DNA of 64,000 bases, from NCBI GenBank assembly GCA_003165235.1, contig PLSV01000201.1:1488-65487 (forward strand). The letters run 5' to 3'. Positions 25,711 through 34,741 of this stretch are shown one piece after another. The first letter of the stretch is position 1; every line of letters starts with the position of its first letter. This DNA comes from Syntrophobacteraceae bacterium. GTDB lineage: Bacteria; Desulfobacterota; Syntrophobacteria; Syntrophobacterales; Syntrophobacteraceae. The translations under genes and the position numbers were made by a program. The notes under the pieces were generated by a model. It worked only from the letters and a program-made list of their open reading frames with translations, was not told where the DNA came from and made no database searches.

Positions 25711-27063
25711 TCAACAGCGGCCAAGTTGATACCGCTTCATTTTCCGCATCAGTGTGCTCCGGTCGATTCCAAGCCGCTTGGACGCCCGGAGGATATTCCC
25801 GTTGCAGGATTCCAGGGTGGCTTTTATCTGGTTGATTTCATGTTCCTGCAGAGTCATCGACCCCATCGGACCTGCATCTGGGCGTGGATTGACGAAGGTC
25901 AGTTCTTCGGCCCCGATCATCCTGCCCCTGGCTATGACCACGGCCCGTTCGACCACGTTTCGGAGTTCCCGGATATTGCCCGGCCAATGGTATGAAATCA
26001 AAAGATCCAGCGCCTTCTGTGTGAAACCACCCAGGGATTTTCCGGTTTCTTCGTTGTAGCGCTTGAGAAAGTGATCGGCCAGTACGGGGATGTCATCCAA
26101 TCGCTCGCGCAAGGGCGGGACGTCAATGGTGATCACGTTGATACGATAGTAGAAGTCGTCCCTGAATTGATTTTCTTTTATCAGAGACGGCAGGTCTCGA
26201 TGGGTGGCGCTGATGAGCCGAAAATCCGACTCAACCGGCTGGCTGCCCCCTAACCTGAGGAAACTTTTCTCTTCCAGCGCCCGAAGGAGGCTCACCTGCA
26301 TTTTAGGGGAAATCTCGCCGACTTCATCAAGGAGAAGCGTGCCGTTGTGAGCCATCTCCAGGCGTCCACGCCTGGCTTTGACGGCGCCGGTAAAAGCCCC
26401 CCTCTCGTGGCCGAACAATTCACTTTCCAGCAGGGACTCGGATAACGAGCCGCAATTGACAGCCAGAAAAGGACCACAGGACCGATCGCTTCTAAAATGA
26501 ATGGCTTTGGCGACCATGTCCTTACCAACCCCTGTTTCTCCTGTAATCAAGATGGGTGCGGACGAAGGGGCGACTTCCTCGATCTTGGCGAAAATAGCCC
26601 GCATAGGGCTGGAGTGGGCGATAAAGACATCGAAAAATCCCTCGTGGCGTTCGCTCAGCAGTTCCTTGAGGACGATGTTTTCTTCTCGCAGCGCTTTATT
26701 GGCAAGAAGGCGCTCCATAAACAGCGACAGCTCATCAGGATCAAAAGGCTTGCAAAAATAATCTGTGGCCCCTCGCTTCATGGCGTCTACGGCCGTTTGC
26801 ACGGTGCCATGTGCAGTCATCATGACAACTACGGCATTCGGCTGGCGTTCCTTCAATCGAGAAAGAAACTCGATTCCATCCATGCCAGGCATTTTGATAT
26901 CCACCAGATAGATGTCGGCAGGGAAAGTCTCGACAAGTTTCAGAGCTGCCTCGCCGGACAATGCCGTTTCCACCTGATAGCCGTCTTTGACAAACCAGGC
27001 CTGGAGCGACTCGCAGATCATCTCTTCATCGTCCACAATCATGATGCATGTCGAAAATTTCAT
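25711..27063 (-). CDS. sigma-54-dependent response regulator (NtrC family)
   Basis: REC (IYLVDIKMPGMDG), AAA+ with Walker A GETGVGKD and GAFTGA loop (ERGAFTGA), C-terminal HTH (ILRASKRLGIDRSTLMRKMKR). Confidence 0.9.
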   Translation of the reverse strand: MKFSTCIMIVDDEEMICESLQAWFVKDGYQVETALSGEAALKLVETFPADIYLVDIKMPGMDGIEFLSRLKERQPNAVVVMMTAHGTVQTAVDAMKRGATDYFCKPFDPDELSLFMERLLANKALREENIVLKELLSERHEGFFDVFIAHSSPMRAIFAKIEEVAPSSAPILITGETGVGKDMVAKAIHFRSDRSCGPFLAVNCGSLSESLLESELFGHERGAFTGAVKARRGRLEMAHNGTLLLDEVGEISPKMQVSLLRALEEKSFLRLGGSQPVESDFRLISATHRDLPSLIKENQFRDDFYYRINVITIDVPPLRERLDDIPVLADHFLKRYNEETGKSLGGFTQKALDLLISYHWPGNIRELRNVVERAVVIARGRMIGAEELTFVNPRPDAGPMGSMTLQEHEINQIKATLESCNGNILRASKRLGIDRSTLMRKMKRYQLGRC

Positions 27064-27094
27064 ACGGAGGCTTCTCCTCCCTCCCTCAATGGAG

Positions 27095-28663
27095 TCAATT
27101 CCCTCGCTGGGACTGGTCCTGATGCAACGCGGTTACAGCCTTGCCCGGAACATGCCCGCCATCCCGGAGGTTCAAAGGGTTCCGAGGCAGCTTGATTCTG
27201 AATATCGATCCTTTGCCAGGCTCACTTTCGACATCCACGTCTCCATGGTGTTCTCGTATGATGCCGTAGACCATCGGCAATCCGAGACCGTTGCCTTTCC
27301 CATCGGTTTTGGTGGAGTAAAAGGGTTCGAAAATCCGCGGCAGTTCCTCAGGATCAATTCCACACCCTGTGTCGGCGACCGCCAGGCTGATCATATCGGC
27401 GCTCTCGTCGATTTCGCCGGAGATGGTTAAAGTCCCCCCGTGCGGCATTGCGTCAATAGCGTTGAATATCAGGTTCAAAAGGCACTGTTGAATCTGGGCG
27501 TAATCTCCGCATGCAGTGAACGGACCCGACGGGAAATGGACCTCGAGGCGGATGTTGGCAAGTTCAAGCTGATGCTCCGTCAGGAGCAGAATTGTGTCGA
27601 CCAGTTCGGACATCTCCACAATCTTTGCTTCCACGCTTTTTGGCCGGGCGAAGGTAAGAAGGTTCTTGACAATAGACCCGCACCGCATCGCCTCCCGAAA
27701 AGAGAGGTCCAGATATCGCGCCACATTCGACATCTCAACATCGGACGGCCCATTCTGCCCGGGTTTTGGTTGCAGAATACTCTGGACAAGCCTGTTGAAG
27801 GTCACGATGCTAGTGATCGGGTTGTTGATTTCGTGGCAAACCGAAGCAACGAGCCGCCCCAGGGAGCTGAGCCGATCTTCATGAGCCAAACGGGCGAAAT
27901 CTTTTTTGAGGGCTCTGGTGCGCTCTTCGATCTTCTTGCCCAAATCCTGGGTAATGTCCCGGATCGTCAGCACGAACTGGGCGACATCCCCATGCCGGTC
28001 AAGAATGGGGTATGCGGTGCCCTGGCGAAACTGTGATATATTGTTCATATCGCCAATTTCATATATCGCACGGGCCGGCTTTCCGGTCCGCAAGGCTTCG
28101 CGAGCAACGCAGATCGCTGAAGGAAACTTGCACGGACTTGATTCCTGGTACAGCACCTCGTAACAATGTTTGCCGATGATGTCGTCCTTGTTTGCACTGC
28201 CGGGTATCTGGGCCGATTGGTTGCAGTCTGTAATAAGGAATTTCCTGTTGATGACAAGGACACCATCCGGGGAGGCCTCCAGCAAGGCGGAGGCCAGCGG
28301 ATTCTGTGCATAGCCCTTTGCCATTTCAATCAACCGCATGGAGGCCTCCCGGTCGAGTAAACCCACGGTGGGCCGTTTCTTACTCATAATTTCGCATAGA
28401 ATGCGCTCGTCGCCGGTGCACTCCAGAATCAGGTCCAGGCCTTCTATGCCAAGAAGATCCAGATGATCGTCTAATACCTTTATCCCCGCCTCTTCGGCAT
28501 TTATATGGCCCAGGACGGATTTCTCAACATCAACGACCGCCACCAACCGCAGGCCGGAAGATTCGATGGCGGACAGATTCTTCATAATAGCCTGCAAACT
28601 GGACCCGACGACTACCATGCCTATGTTAAACTTCAGGCTATGGGAGGAAGCTGGAGAATTCAT
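27095..28663 (-). CDS. soluble sensor histidine kinase: Rossmann-like N-domain + PAS + HisKA/HATPase
   Basis: No TM segment. NIGMVVVGSS...LRLVAVVDVE...GLDLILECTGDE resembles an NAD(P)-binding N-terminal domain; PAS with HCYEVLYQESSPCKFPSAICV; H-box SVCHEINNPITSI; N-box LLNLIFNAIDAM; G-boxes DTGCGI and GNGLGL. Confidence 0.85.
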   Translation of the reverse strand: MNSPASSHSLKFNIGMVVVGSSLQAIMKNLSAIESSGLRLVAVVDVEKSVLGHINAEEAGIKVLDDHLDLLGIEGLDLILECTGDERILCEIMSKKRPTVGLLDREASMRLIEMAKGYAQNPLASALLEASPDGVLVINRKFLITDCNQSAQIPGSANKDDIIGKHCYEVLYQESSPCKFPSAICVAREALRTGKPARAIYEIGDMNNISQFRQGTAYPILDRHGDVAQFVLTIRDITQDLGKKIEERTRALKKDFARLAHEDRLSSLGRLVASVCHEINNPITSIVTFNRLVQSILQPKPGQNGPSDVEMSNVARYLDLSFREAMRCGSIVKNLLTFARPKSVEAKIVEMSELVDTILLLTEHQLELANIRLEVHFPSGPFTACGDYAQIQQCLLNLIFNAIDAMPHGGTLTISGEIDESADMISLAVADTGCGIDPEELPRIFEPFYSTKTDGKGNGLGLPMVYGIIREHHGDVDVESEPGKGSIFRIKLPRNPLNLRDGGHVPGKAVTALHQDQSQRGN

Positions 28664-29053
28664 GACGCATGCCCTCTGGTGGTGGAACCGAAGGAGTTCC
28701 AGGGTTAAAAAGCCCGGCGCAGCCCCTTAAATTGGTCACGATCGGCGGCCCGAGATCGATCGCTCAGGAGTTTTCGGCGCATGGCCCCCCTAAAGTCTAG
28801 ACCGGCCTTTGACTCCGGGTTGCCATGACGGCGGCCGGCAGTGGCCGGATCGCTTCTAAACGCTTGTATTCCTCGTTTGGAATTTATCATTATATACATA
28901 AAGATGCACAATGAGGAGGGAAAAATCAGGGGCGCCGGGTCAAGAGGCATTTTTGCAAAAGTCCTTACAGACCCTAAAAGTCCATTAGTTACAATATATT
29001 AGCGAATCCTGACCCAATTTTGGTGGAAATTCTTTGTGTGTGAAATGTTTTAC

Positions 29054-29082
29054 TTGACATTTCGCAAGGCCTATTTTCTAAT
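29054..29082 (+). promoter_or_regulatory. sigma-70-type promoter candidate for the ech operon
   Basis: TTGACA (29054-29059), 17-nt spacer, TCTAAT (29077-29082); would give a leader of about 260 nt. Confidence 0.35.
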
Positions 29083-29348
29083 AGGGAACCTAGAATGAAA
29101 GCCGTTGTTCTTTCAAAAACTATCTCTGTACGATCCACCCGAAAATGAAGTTTTCAGGTGCATTTGTTCTTCGCGTTCGCGGATGTGCCTAAATCTCGGA
29201 TTTGAATCGCTCCGGGCCTTGCGTTAAAAGCCGACGGGGCGGGGGCTTGTCCGGGCGAGGCTCGTTGTTGCTGGGTTCACAATTTCAATTCAATTCAAAC
29301 GCTGTTTTAGATTTCCAAAATGGACCAAATTCACAAGGAGATAGGACT

Positions 29349-31310
29349 ATGACTGATGGAATGATGGCGATCGCCATCTTGCTACCGGTAGTGGCTGGCT
29401 TCCTGATACTCGCAATTCGCAATTATTTTGCGCGAGGGGTCGTTGTCGTTCTAACGGCTATAGTGCTCATCGCAAACAGCATCCTGTTCGCCGCAAGAGG
29501 ACCCCTGACCTATACTCCCCCTGCAGGGTTCGAGTGGGGCACGCTAATTTCAGTCCTCGACTACGCCATTCTTGTCCTCTACCTTGTACTGGGTTTTAAA
29601 TTACGGAACCGGTTGGTTCTGATTTTCGCCGCGACCCAGATCATACCGATTATCTACTTTGAATTCGTTATGAAGGCCCATATCGACCTGAGACCGGTTT
29701 TTGTGGTCGATCATCTGGCCATAGTGATGACTTTGATCATTTCCATTATCGGTTCTCTTATCTGCATCTACGCCATCAGGTACATGCGGGACCATGAGGA
29801 GCATGCTCATGTCGAGAAGTCCAGGCAGTCCAGGTTTTTGTTCTGGCTTGTTTTGTTCCTGGGCGCCATGAACGGCTTGGTCTTCGCCAATAACCTTTAC
29901 TGGCTTTACTTCTTCTGGGAACTTACCACACTTTGTTCTTTCATGTTGATTTCGCATGACAAGACACAGATAGCCCTGGAAAATGCCGCGCGCGCTCTGT
30001 GGATGAATTCCACCGGTGGAACGGCATTCATCCTGGCTATTATCTATCTCTACGCCACTCAAGGTGGCGCTTCGGCCCTTTCGGTTCAAAACATCATTGG
30101 AGGAGGCATGCACAGTGCGGCCATGATCCTGCCGGTAGCTCTTCTTTGCTTCACCGGGTGCACAAAGGCTGCACAAATGCCGTTCCAGTCCTGGCTTCTT
30201 GGAGCAATGGTCGCTCCCACGCCGGTTTCAGCCCTGCTCCATTCCAGCACCATGGTTAAAGCAGGCGTGTACATGGTGCTCAGGCTCGCCCCGGCTTATG
30301 CTGGAACTCTTTTGAGCACCGCCGTAGCCATTGTCGGCGCATTCACCTTTTTTGGCGCCTCGGCGCTGGCGATCAGCCAGACAACGGGCAAGCGGGTCCT
30401 GGCCTACTCGACCATCGCCAACCTGGGTTTGATCATAGCCTGTGCCGGCATAAACACCCCGTTGTCAATAGCCGCAGCGATTCTGCTCATCATTTTCCAC
30501 GCCATTTCAAAAGGTATGCTGTTCCTCTGCGCCGGAACGATCGAGCACCAGATCTGGAGCCGTGAGATCGAAGACATGGAGGGCCTGGCAGCCAAAGCGC
30601 CTCTTGTCACCCTCATTACCGCAGTGGGCATGCTGTCCATGTTCCTGCCTCCATTCGGGATGGTGCTTGGTAAATGGATAGCCCTCGAAGCGGCCTACAA
30701 AGTTCCCTTGGCGGCAATTTTCTTTGTGCTTGCAAGCGCTTTGACCATCGTTTTCTGGACAAAATGGCTGGGAAGGCTTCTGCAGGTCGTGCCGAAATTG
30801 GGATGGCCGCTTGAAAAGCTTTCCCCCAGCTACTCGGTTCCCCTGTGGACTTTATTTATAGGTATTTTTGTCGTCGGTTTCGGGATCGGACCGATTTACC
30901 ATTACTTCATCGCATCAGCCACCAGCGACGTCATCCGTGGCAGCATGATCGCTTCAGGCTGGGGCAACATCGTGCTGGCGGGCTCTTCAGCCGCGCAGAC
31001 AGGGGCTGCGGTCCGAGGTTCTTTCCCCGTCTGGGTGCTCTACCTGGTCTTGGGCATCGCCTTGTTCCTGCCCATGTTGTTCTTCGGATTGAAGCCCACC
31101 CAGTTGCGGCAGGTCTATCTGTGCGGCGAGCAAACAGGCGGCACCGATACAGATGAATGGTGCGCTGAAGCCGATATTAAGACGAAGTTCATACTGGGCG
31201 GCTACTACTTCCAGGGAACACTCGGCGAAAAAGCTTTGAATCCCTGGGTAAATACCGTAGCCATTTTACTCCTGGCCATCATGATTGTCTGCGGGGTGAT
31301 CTCGAAATGA
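29349..31310 (+). CDS. echA: Ech hydrogenase subunit A (NuoL/antiporter-like membrane subunit)
   Basis: ATG 29349 preceded by AAGGAG; the TTG 29202 extension is non-membrane and Gly/Arg-rich. Many TM helices; antiporter-like motif WLLGAMVAPTPVSALLHSSTMVKAGVY. Confidence 0.8.
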   Translation: MTDGMMAIAILLPVVAGFLILAIRNYFARGVVVVLTAIVLIANSILFAARGPLTYTPPAGFEWGTLISVLDYAILVLYLVLGFKLRNRLVLIFAATQIIPIIYFEFVMKAHIDLRPVFVVDHLAIVMTLIISIIGSLICIYAIRYMRDHEEHAHVEKSRQSRFLFWLVLFLGAMNGLVFANNLYWLYFFWELTTLCSFMLISHDKTQIALENAARALWMNSTGGTAFILAIIYLYATQGGASALSVQNIIGGGMHSAAMILPVALLCFTGCTKAAQMPFQSWLLGAMVAPTPVSALLHSSTMVKAGVYMVLRLAPAYAGTLLSTAVAIVGAFTFFGASALAISQTTGKRVLAYSTIANLGLIIACAGINTPLSIAAAILLIIFHAISKGMLFLCAGTIEHQIWSREIEDMEGLAAKAPLVTLITAVGMLSMFLPPFGMVLGKWIALEAAYKVPLAAIFFVLASALTIVFWTKWLGRLLQVVPKLGWPLEKLSPSYSVPLWTLFIGIFVVGFGIGPIYHYFIASATSDVIRGSMIASGWGNIVLAGSSAAQTGAAVRGSFPVWVLYLVLGIALFLPMLFFGLKPTQLRQVYLCGEQTGGTDTDEWCAEADIKTKFILGGYYFQGTLGEKALNPWVNTVAILLLAIMIVCGVISK

Positions 31311-32167
31311 ATCAGTTCATAATAGTCATCGCAACAATAGTTTTTGCTCCCATTGTCGGCGGCCTGCTTTTCGGGATAGACCGAAGGATTACTGCAAGAT
31401 TGCAAGGTCGATTCGGTCCCCCCATTTTGCAGCCTTTCTATGACATCTTCAAGCTCCTGGGCAAAGAGAGCATTGCAGTGAGCAATATGCAGTTCGTGTG
31501 GATCTATGCATATCTGATTTTGATGATTGTGAGCCTGCTATGTCTCATTTTGCAGTCGGATGTTCTCGTGCTCGTCTTCCTGCTCGGATTTGCGGGTGTT
31601 TCATTGGTCCTGGGGGGTTTCAGCACCAAGTCTCCCTACTCCCATTTTGGGGCCAACAGGGAACTGCTTCAGATATTGGCTTACGAACCCGTGCTCCTGC
31701 TTCTTGCAATAGCGATTTATGCACAAAACGGGACCTTTCTCATAAGCGAGATCGTGAGCCACCAGCAACCGCTGCTCTTCTCTTTGTGGCCTTTGTTTAT
31801 CGCGGTCCTGTACGTCCTGACCATAAAGATGCGTAAATCTCCGTTTGATATTTCCACCTCGCACCACGCTCACCAGGAGATAGTAAAGGGGATCACCACC
31901 GAATATTCCGGTCCCTTTTTGGCTATCTATCAGCTCGCGGAATGGTATGAAATCGTGCTGGTGCTGGGGATAATAGTCCTGTTCTGGGCCAATCCCCTTT
32001 GGGTAGGTTTATTGATCGCGTTTGCCGCATTCCTGCTCGAACTTGTAGTCGATAACATTGCGGCGAGAATGACAGCACGGTGGATGGTGCGTCTGAGCTG
32101 GTCGGTTGGGTTGACTCTCGGAATCCTCAATATTGCTTATCTCTATATCGTAAAGGGGGTATTTTAA
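31307..32167 (+). CDS. echB: Ech hydrogenase subunit B (NuoH/HycD-like membrane subunit)
   Basis: 286 aa polytopic protein; ATGA overlap with echA stop (31307-31310); position in a six-gene ech order. Confidence 0.8.
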   Translation: MNQFIIVIATIVFAPIVGGLLFGIDRRITARLQGRFGPPILQPFYDIFKLLGKESIAVSNMQFVWIYAYLILMIVSLLCLILQSDVLVLVFLLGFAGVSLVLGGFSTKSPYSHFGANRELLQILAYEPVLLLLAIAIYAQNGTFLISEIVSHQQPLLFSLWPLFIAVLYVLTIKMRKSPFDISTSHHAHQEIVKGITTEYSGPFLAIYQLAEWYEIVLVLGIIVLFWANPLWVGLLIAFAAFLLELVVDNIAARMTARWMVRLSWSVGLTLGILNIAYLYIVKGVF

Positions 32168-32172
32168 GACAA

Positions 32173-32664
32173 ATGGGTTTGATAAAAAAATCTCGCGTGA
32201 AATCACCCTGGATCATGCACTTCGATAACAGCTCCTGCAATGGCTGTGACATCGAGGTGCTCGCTTGTCTGACTCCTCTCTATGACGTGGAACGCTTCGG
32301 CATTGTCAATATGGGCAACCCAAAGCATGCCGATGTCCTGTTGATCACCGGACCCGTGAACCGGCGTACGGCGCGCGTGCTCAAGAATCTCTATGAGCAG
32401 GTCCCCGACCCCAAAATGGTGATTGCCGTTGGGACCTGCGCCTCTTCGGGCGGGGTGTTCCATAACTGCTATAACGTCCTCGGCGGCGTTGACAAAGTCA
32501 TACCCGTAGATGTTTACATCCCGGGCTGTGCAGCGCGTCCGGAAGCAATTATCGATGGAGTTGTGATGGCGCTCCAGGGCCTGACCGAGCAGCGCCATCT
32601 TTGGGCGACATGCCCTCATTGTAAAACAGAACACGAGGTAACGGACCAGCGATGGAGAATCTAA
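32173..32664 (+). CDS. echC: Ech hydrogenase small subunit (NuoB-like)
   Basis: ATG 32173 (M32 of track ORF) 6 nt after echB stop. Cys ligands CNGCDIEV, GTCASSGG, IPGCAARPE for the proximal [4Fe-4S]. Confidence 0.85.
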   Translation: MGLIKKSRVKSPWIMHFDNSSCNGCDIEVLACLTPLYDVERFGIVNMGNPKHADVLLITGPVNRRTARVLKNLYEQVPDPKMVIAVGTCASSGGVFHNCYNVLGGVDKVIPVDVYIPGCAARPEAIIDGVVMALQGLTEQRHLWATCPHCKTEHEVTDQRWRI

Positions 32665-33029
32665 CAATAATAGACAAGAGCGCAATAGTGAGTGAAGGCA
32701 AGAAATTGCTTGATGCCGGAGCCAAGTTTGTTACCGCCGTATGTAACGATCTGGATGAACAACTGGAGGTGACTTATTTCTTCAGCTCAGACAGAGGCAC
32801 GGAAATGAAGGGCCTGCGGTGTACGGTCGCCAAAGATGAAGAAGTCCCCAGTTTGTCGGGCGAAACTCTTTCCGTGGTGCTGATTGAAAACGAACTGCAG
32901 GAACTGTTCGGCTTGAAGGTCAAAGGCATCGCCATCGATTACGGCGGACATATGCTCTTAGCCCACGACAGTCCCACCACGCCAATGTTGAAAGAAAAGA
33001 AGGCTGAGCCGAAAGGAGAAGAGAACTAA
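32652..33029 (+). CDS. echD: Ech hydrogenase subunit D (small soluble subunit)
   Basis: 125-aa soluble protein between small- and large-subunit genes, as in echABCDEF operons; no cofactor motif. Confidence 0.6.
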   Translation: MENLTIIDKSAIVSEGKKLLDAGAKFVTAVCNDLDEQLEVTYFFSSDRGTEMKGLRCTVAKDEEVPSLSGETLSVVLIENELQELFGLKVKGIAIDYGGHMLLAHDSPTTPMLKEKKAEPKGEEN

Positions 33030-34111
33030 TGGCTACGCGCACTGTAGTTCCCTTTGGCCCACAGCATCCGGTCCTTCCCGAACCCGTACAGTTGCGGCTC
33101 ACCTATGAAGATGAGAGAGTCGTGGAGGTTACCCCGGTTATCGGCTACGGCCATCGAGGCATAGAGAAGGCTTGCGAATTAAATGAATATGCCAAAAATA
33201 TTTACCTCTGTGAGCGCGTTTGCGGGATCTGCAGCTATCAGCACAGCGCAACCGTCGTTGAGGTAATGGAAAGATTGTGGCCGCTCGAATTGACCCCCAG
33301 GATCAATTACCTGCGCACCATCTGGTCTGAAATGGCCCGTACCCACAGCCACCTCCTCTGGCTCGGATTGTTGGCCGACGCCTTCGGTTTCGAGAGCATG
33401 TTCATGCAGTTCTGGCGCATACGGGAAAAAGTGCTCGATCTTCTCGAACAGACTACCGGGCACAGGGTTATCCAGTCTGTCAACATCGTTGGCGGCGTGC
33501 GGCGCGATATCGATGAACAGCAGAAGAGGATGATCGTCAGTGTTCTTGCGGACGTGCGAAAAGAAAGCCAATCCTTGATAAACGCGCTTATAGGCGATTA
33601 CACGGTCAAGAAAAGGACTGTTGGAGTAGGGATCATCACCAAAGAGCAGGCCATTTCACTTGGCTGCGTCGGCCCAACGCTCAGGGCAAGCGGGGTGTCC
33701 GAAGATGTCCGCTTGACCAAATACCATGCATACGGGGAATTGAATTTTGAACCCATAGTGGAAAGCGCCGGGGACTGTTATGCGCGCGCGGCGGTCCGAG
33801 CCAGGGAACTCTTCCAGGCAATCGATCTGCAGTTGGAGGCCCTGTCAAAACTGCCGGAAGGTGAAATTGCCGTTAAGGTGAAAGGCAATCCTCCGGCAAA
33901 TGAGGCGGTCATGCGCACCGAAGCCCCACGGGGAGAGCTCTTTTACTATGCGAAGGGAAATGGCACCCGCAAATTGGAACGCATGAAGATACGCACGCCG
34001 ACCAATGCCAATCTCCCAGCGGTCCTGGTCCTGTTGCCGGGTTGTCAGTTGGCGGATGTGCCGGTTAATGTCCTCTCCATTGATCCATGCATCTCTTGCA
34101 CGGAGAGATAA
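33029..34111 (+). CDS. echE: Ech [NiFe] hydrogenase large subunit (NuoD-like)
   Basis: N-terminal RVCGICSYQHS and C-terminal DPCISCTER Ni-Fe-binding Cys pairs; 360 aa. Confidence 0.9.
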   Translation: MATRTVVPFGPQHPVLPEPVQLRLTYEDERVVEVTPVIGYGHRGIEKACELNEYAKNIYLCERVCGICSYQHSATVVEVMERLWPLELTPRINYLRTIWSEMARTHSHLLWLGLLADAFGFESMFMQFWRIREKVLDLLEQTTGHRVIQSVNIVGGVRRDIDEQQKRMIVSVLADVRKESQSLINALIGDYTVKKRTVGVGIITKEQAISLGCVGPTLRASGVSEDVRLTKYHAYGELNFEPIVESAGDCYARAAVRARELFQAIDLQLEALSKLPEGEIAVKVKGNPPANEAVMRTEAPRGELFYYAKGNGTRKLERMKIRTPTNANLPAVLVLLPGCQLADVPVNVLSIDPCISCTER

Positions 34112-34136
34112 GAAACCAAAAGGAGCATATGAACCA

Positions 34137-34493
34137 ATGCCTATGATGCTACCCACCGTCCTCAGGAATTTGTTGGATGGTCCGGCAACGAGACTCTACC
34201 CGATTCAGGTGCGAGAGTCTTTCCAAAATGCCAGAGGCCACGTTGTCTTTAATGATGACAAGTGTACGCTTTGTAGTGTATGCGCTCTCCGATGTCCCGC
34301 CGATGCGATTTCCATCGATAAGGAAAACAAGACGCTGAGCTTTCATCCCGCTCGCTGCATAGTATGCGAAGTCTGTGTCCTTGGCTGTCCCAGCGATGCA
34401 ATCGACTTGATTTACAAATGGCGTCCTCCTTTCTCCAGAAAGCCGGTGGAGGTTCATGAGGCGCGAGGGAAAAAGCCCCGCACCCCAATGTAG
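34137..34493 (+). CDS. echF: Ech hydrogenase subunit F, 2x[4Fe-4S] ferredoxin-like (NuoI-like)
   Basis: ATG 34137 (M45 of track ORF) with AAAAGGAG upstream. Two cluster motifs CTLCSVCALRCP and CIVCEVCVLGCP. Confidence 0.85.
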   Translation: MPMMLPTVLRNLLDGPATRLYPIQVRESFQNARGHVVFNDDKCTLCSVCALRCPADAISIDKENKTLSFHPARCIVCEVCVLGCPSDAIDLIYKWRPPFSRKPVEVHEARGKKPRTPM

Positions 34494-34535
34494 AAGAGCG
34501 AAAACAAACGTCGTGTCTCCTCGGGGAGCCGCTAA

Positions 34536-34580
34536 AAAACAAACAGGCAAAACGGGTTTCGCGTTTTGCCTGTTTGTTTT
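34536..34580. terminator. bidirectional rho-independent terminator
   Basis: Perfect 19-bp stem AAAACAAACAGGCAAAACG / CGTTTTGCCTGTTTGTTTT, 7-nt loop; A-run and T-run built into the arms; between convergent echF and the Cache gene. Confidence 0.85.
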
Positions 34581-34741
34581 GTCTCACTTCCAGCCGGAAG
34601 CGTTTTTGGCTTTGAGCCGGCGTTTTGTCACTTTAGCTTCGAGGCCTCATCGCCCCCCACACTGTAGTAAAATGGGGAGCACCGCCCAACGCTCTGCCCG
34701 GGGGAGATTTTTAAACCCGTAAAAACCGCGTTTACGCCGCG

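Noticed and set aside
19322-27195. Other long antisense ORFs (19322..20077 +, 26497..27195 +, 27440..28036 +)
   Set aside because: They overlap well-supported minus-strand genes (LivK-like protein, NtrC-type regulator, histidine kinase) and show no motifs of their own.
28946-28957. GGCAT-ttttt-GCA sigma-54-like match in the kinase/ech spacer
   Set aside because: GG and GC are 9 nt apart instead of the required 12. No properly spaced -24/-12 match was found on either strand in front of ech or the kinase operon.
1639-34136. N-terminal extensions offered by the ORF track (starts at 1639, 3704, 14274, 22737, 24011, 29202, 32080, 34005)
   Set aside because: Each extension overlaps the preceding gene or a terminator hairpin, or encodes non-homologous low-complexity sequence. 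Internal ATGs with Shine-Dalgarno-like sequences and family-typical N-termini were preferred (1726, 3587, 14184, 22905, 24065, 29349, 32173, 34137).
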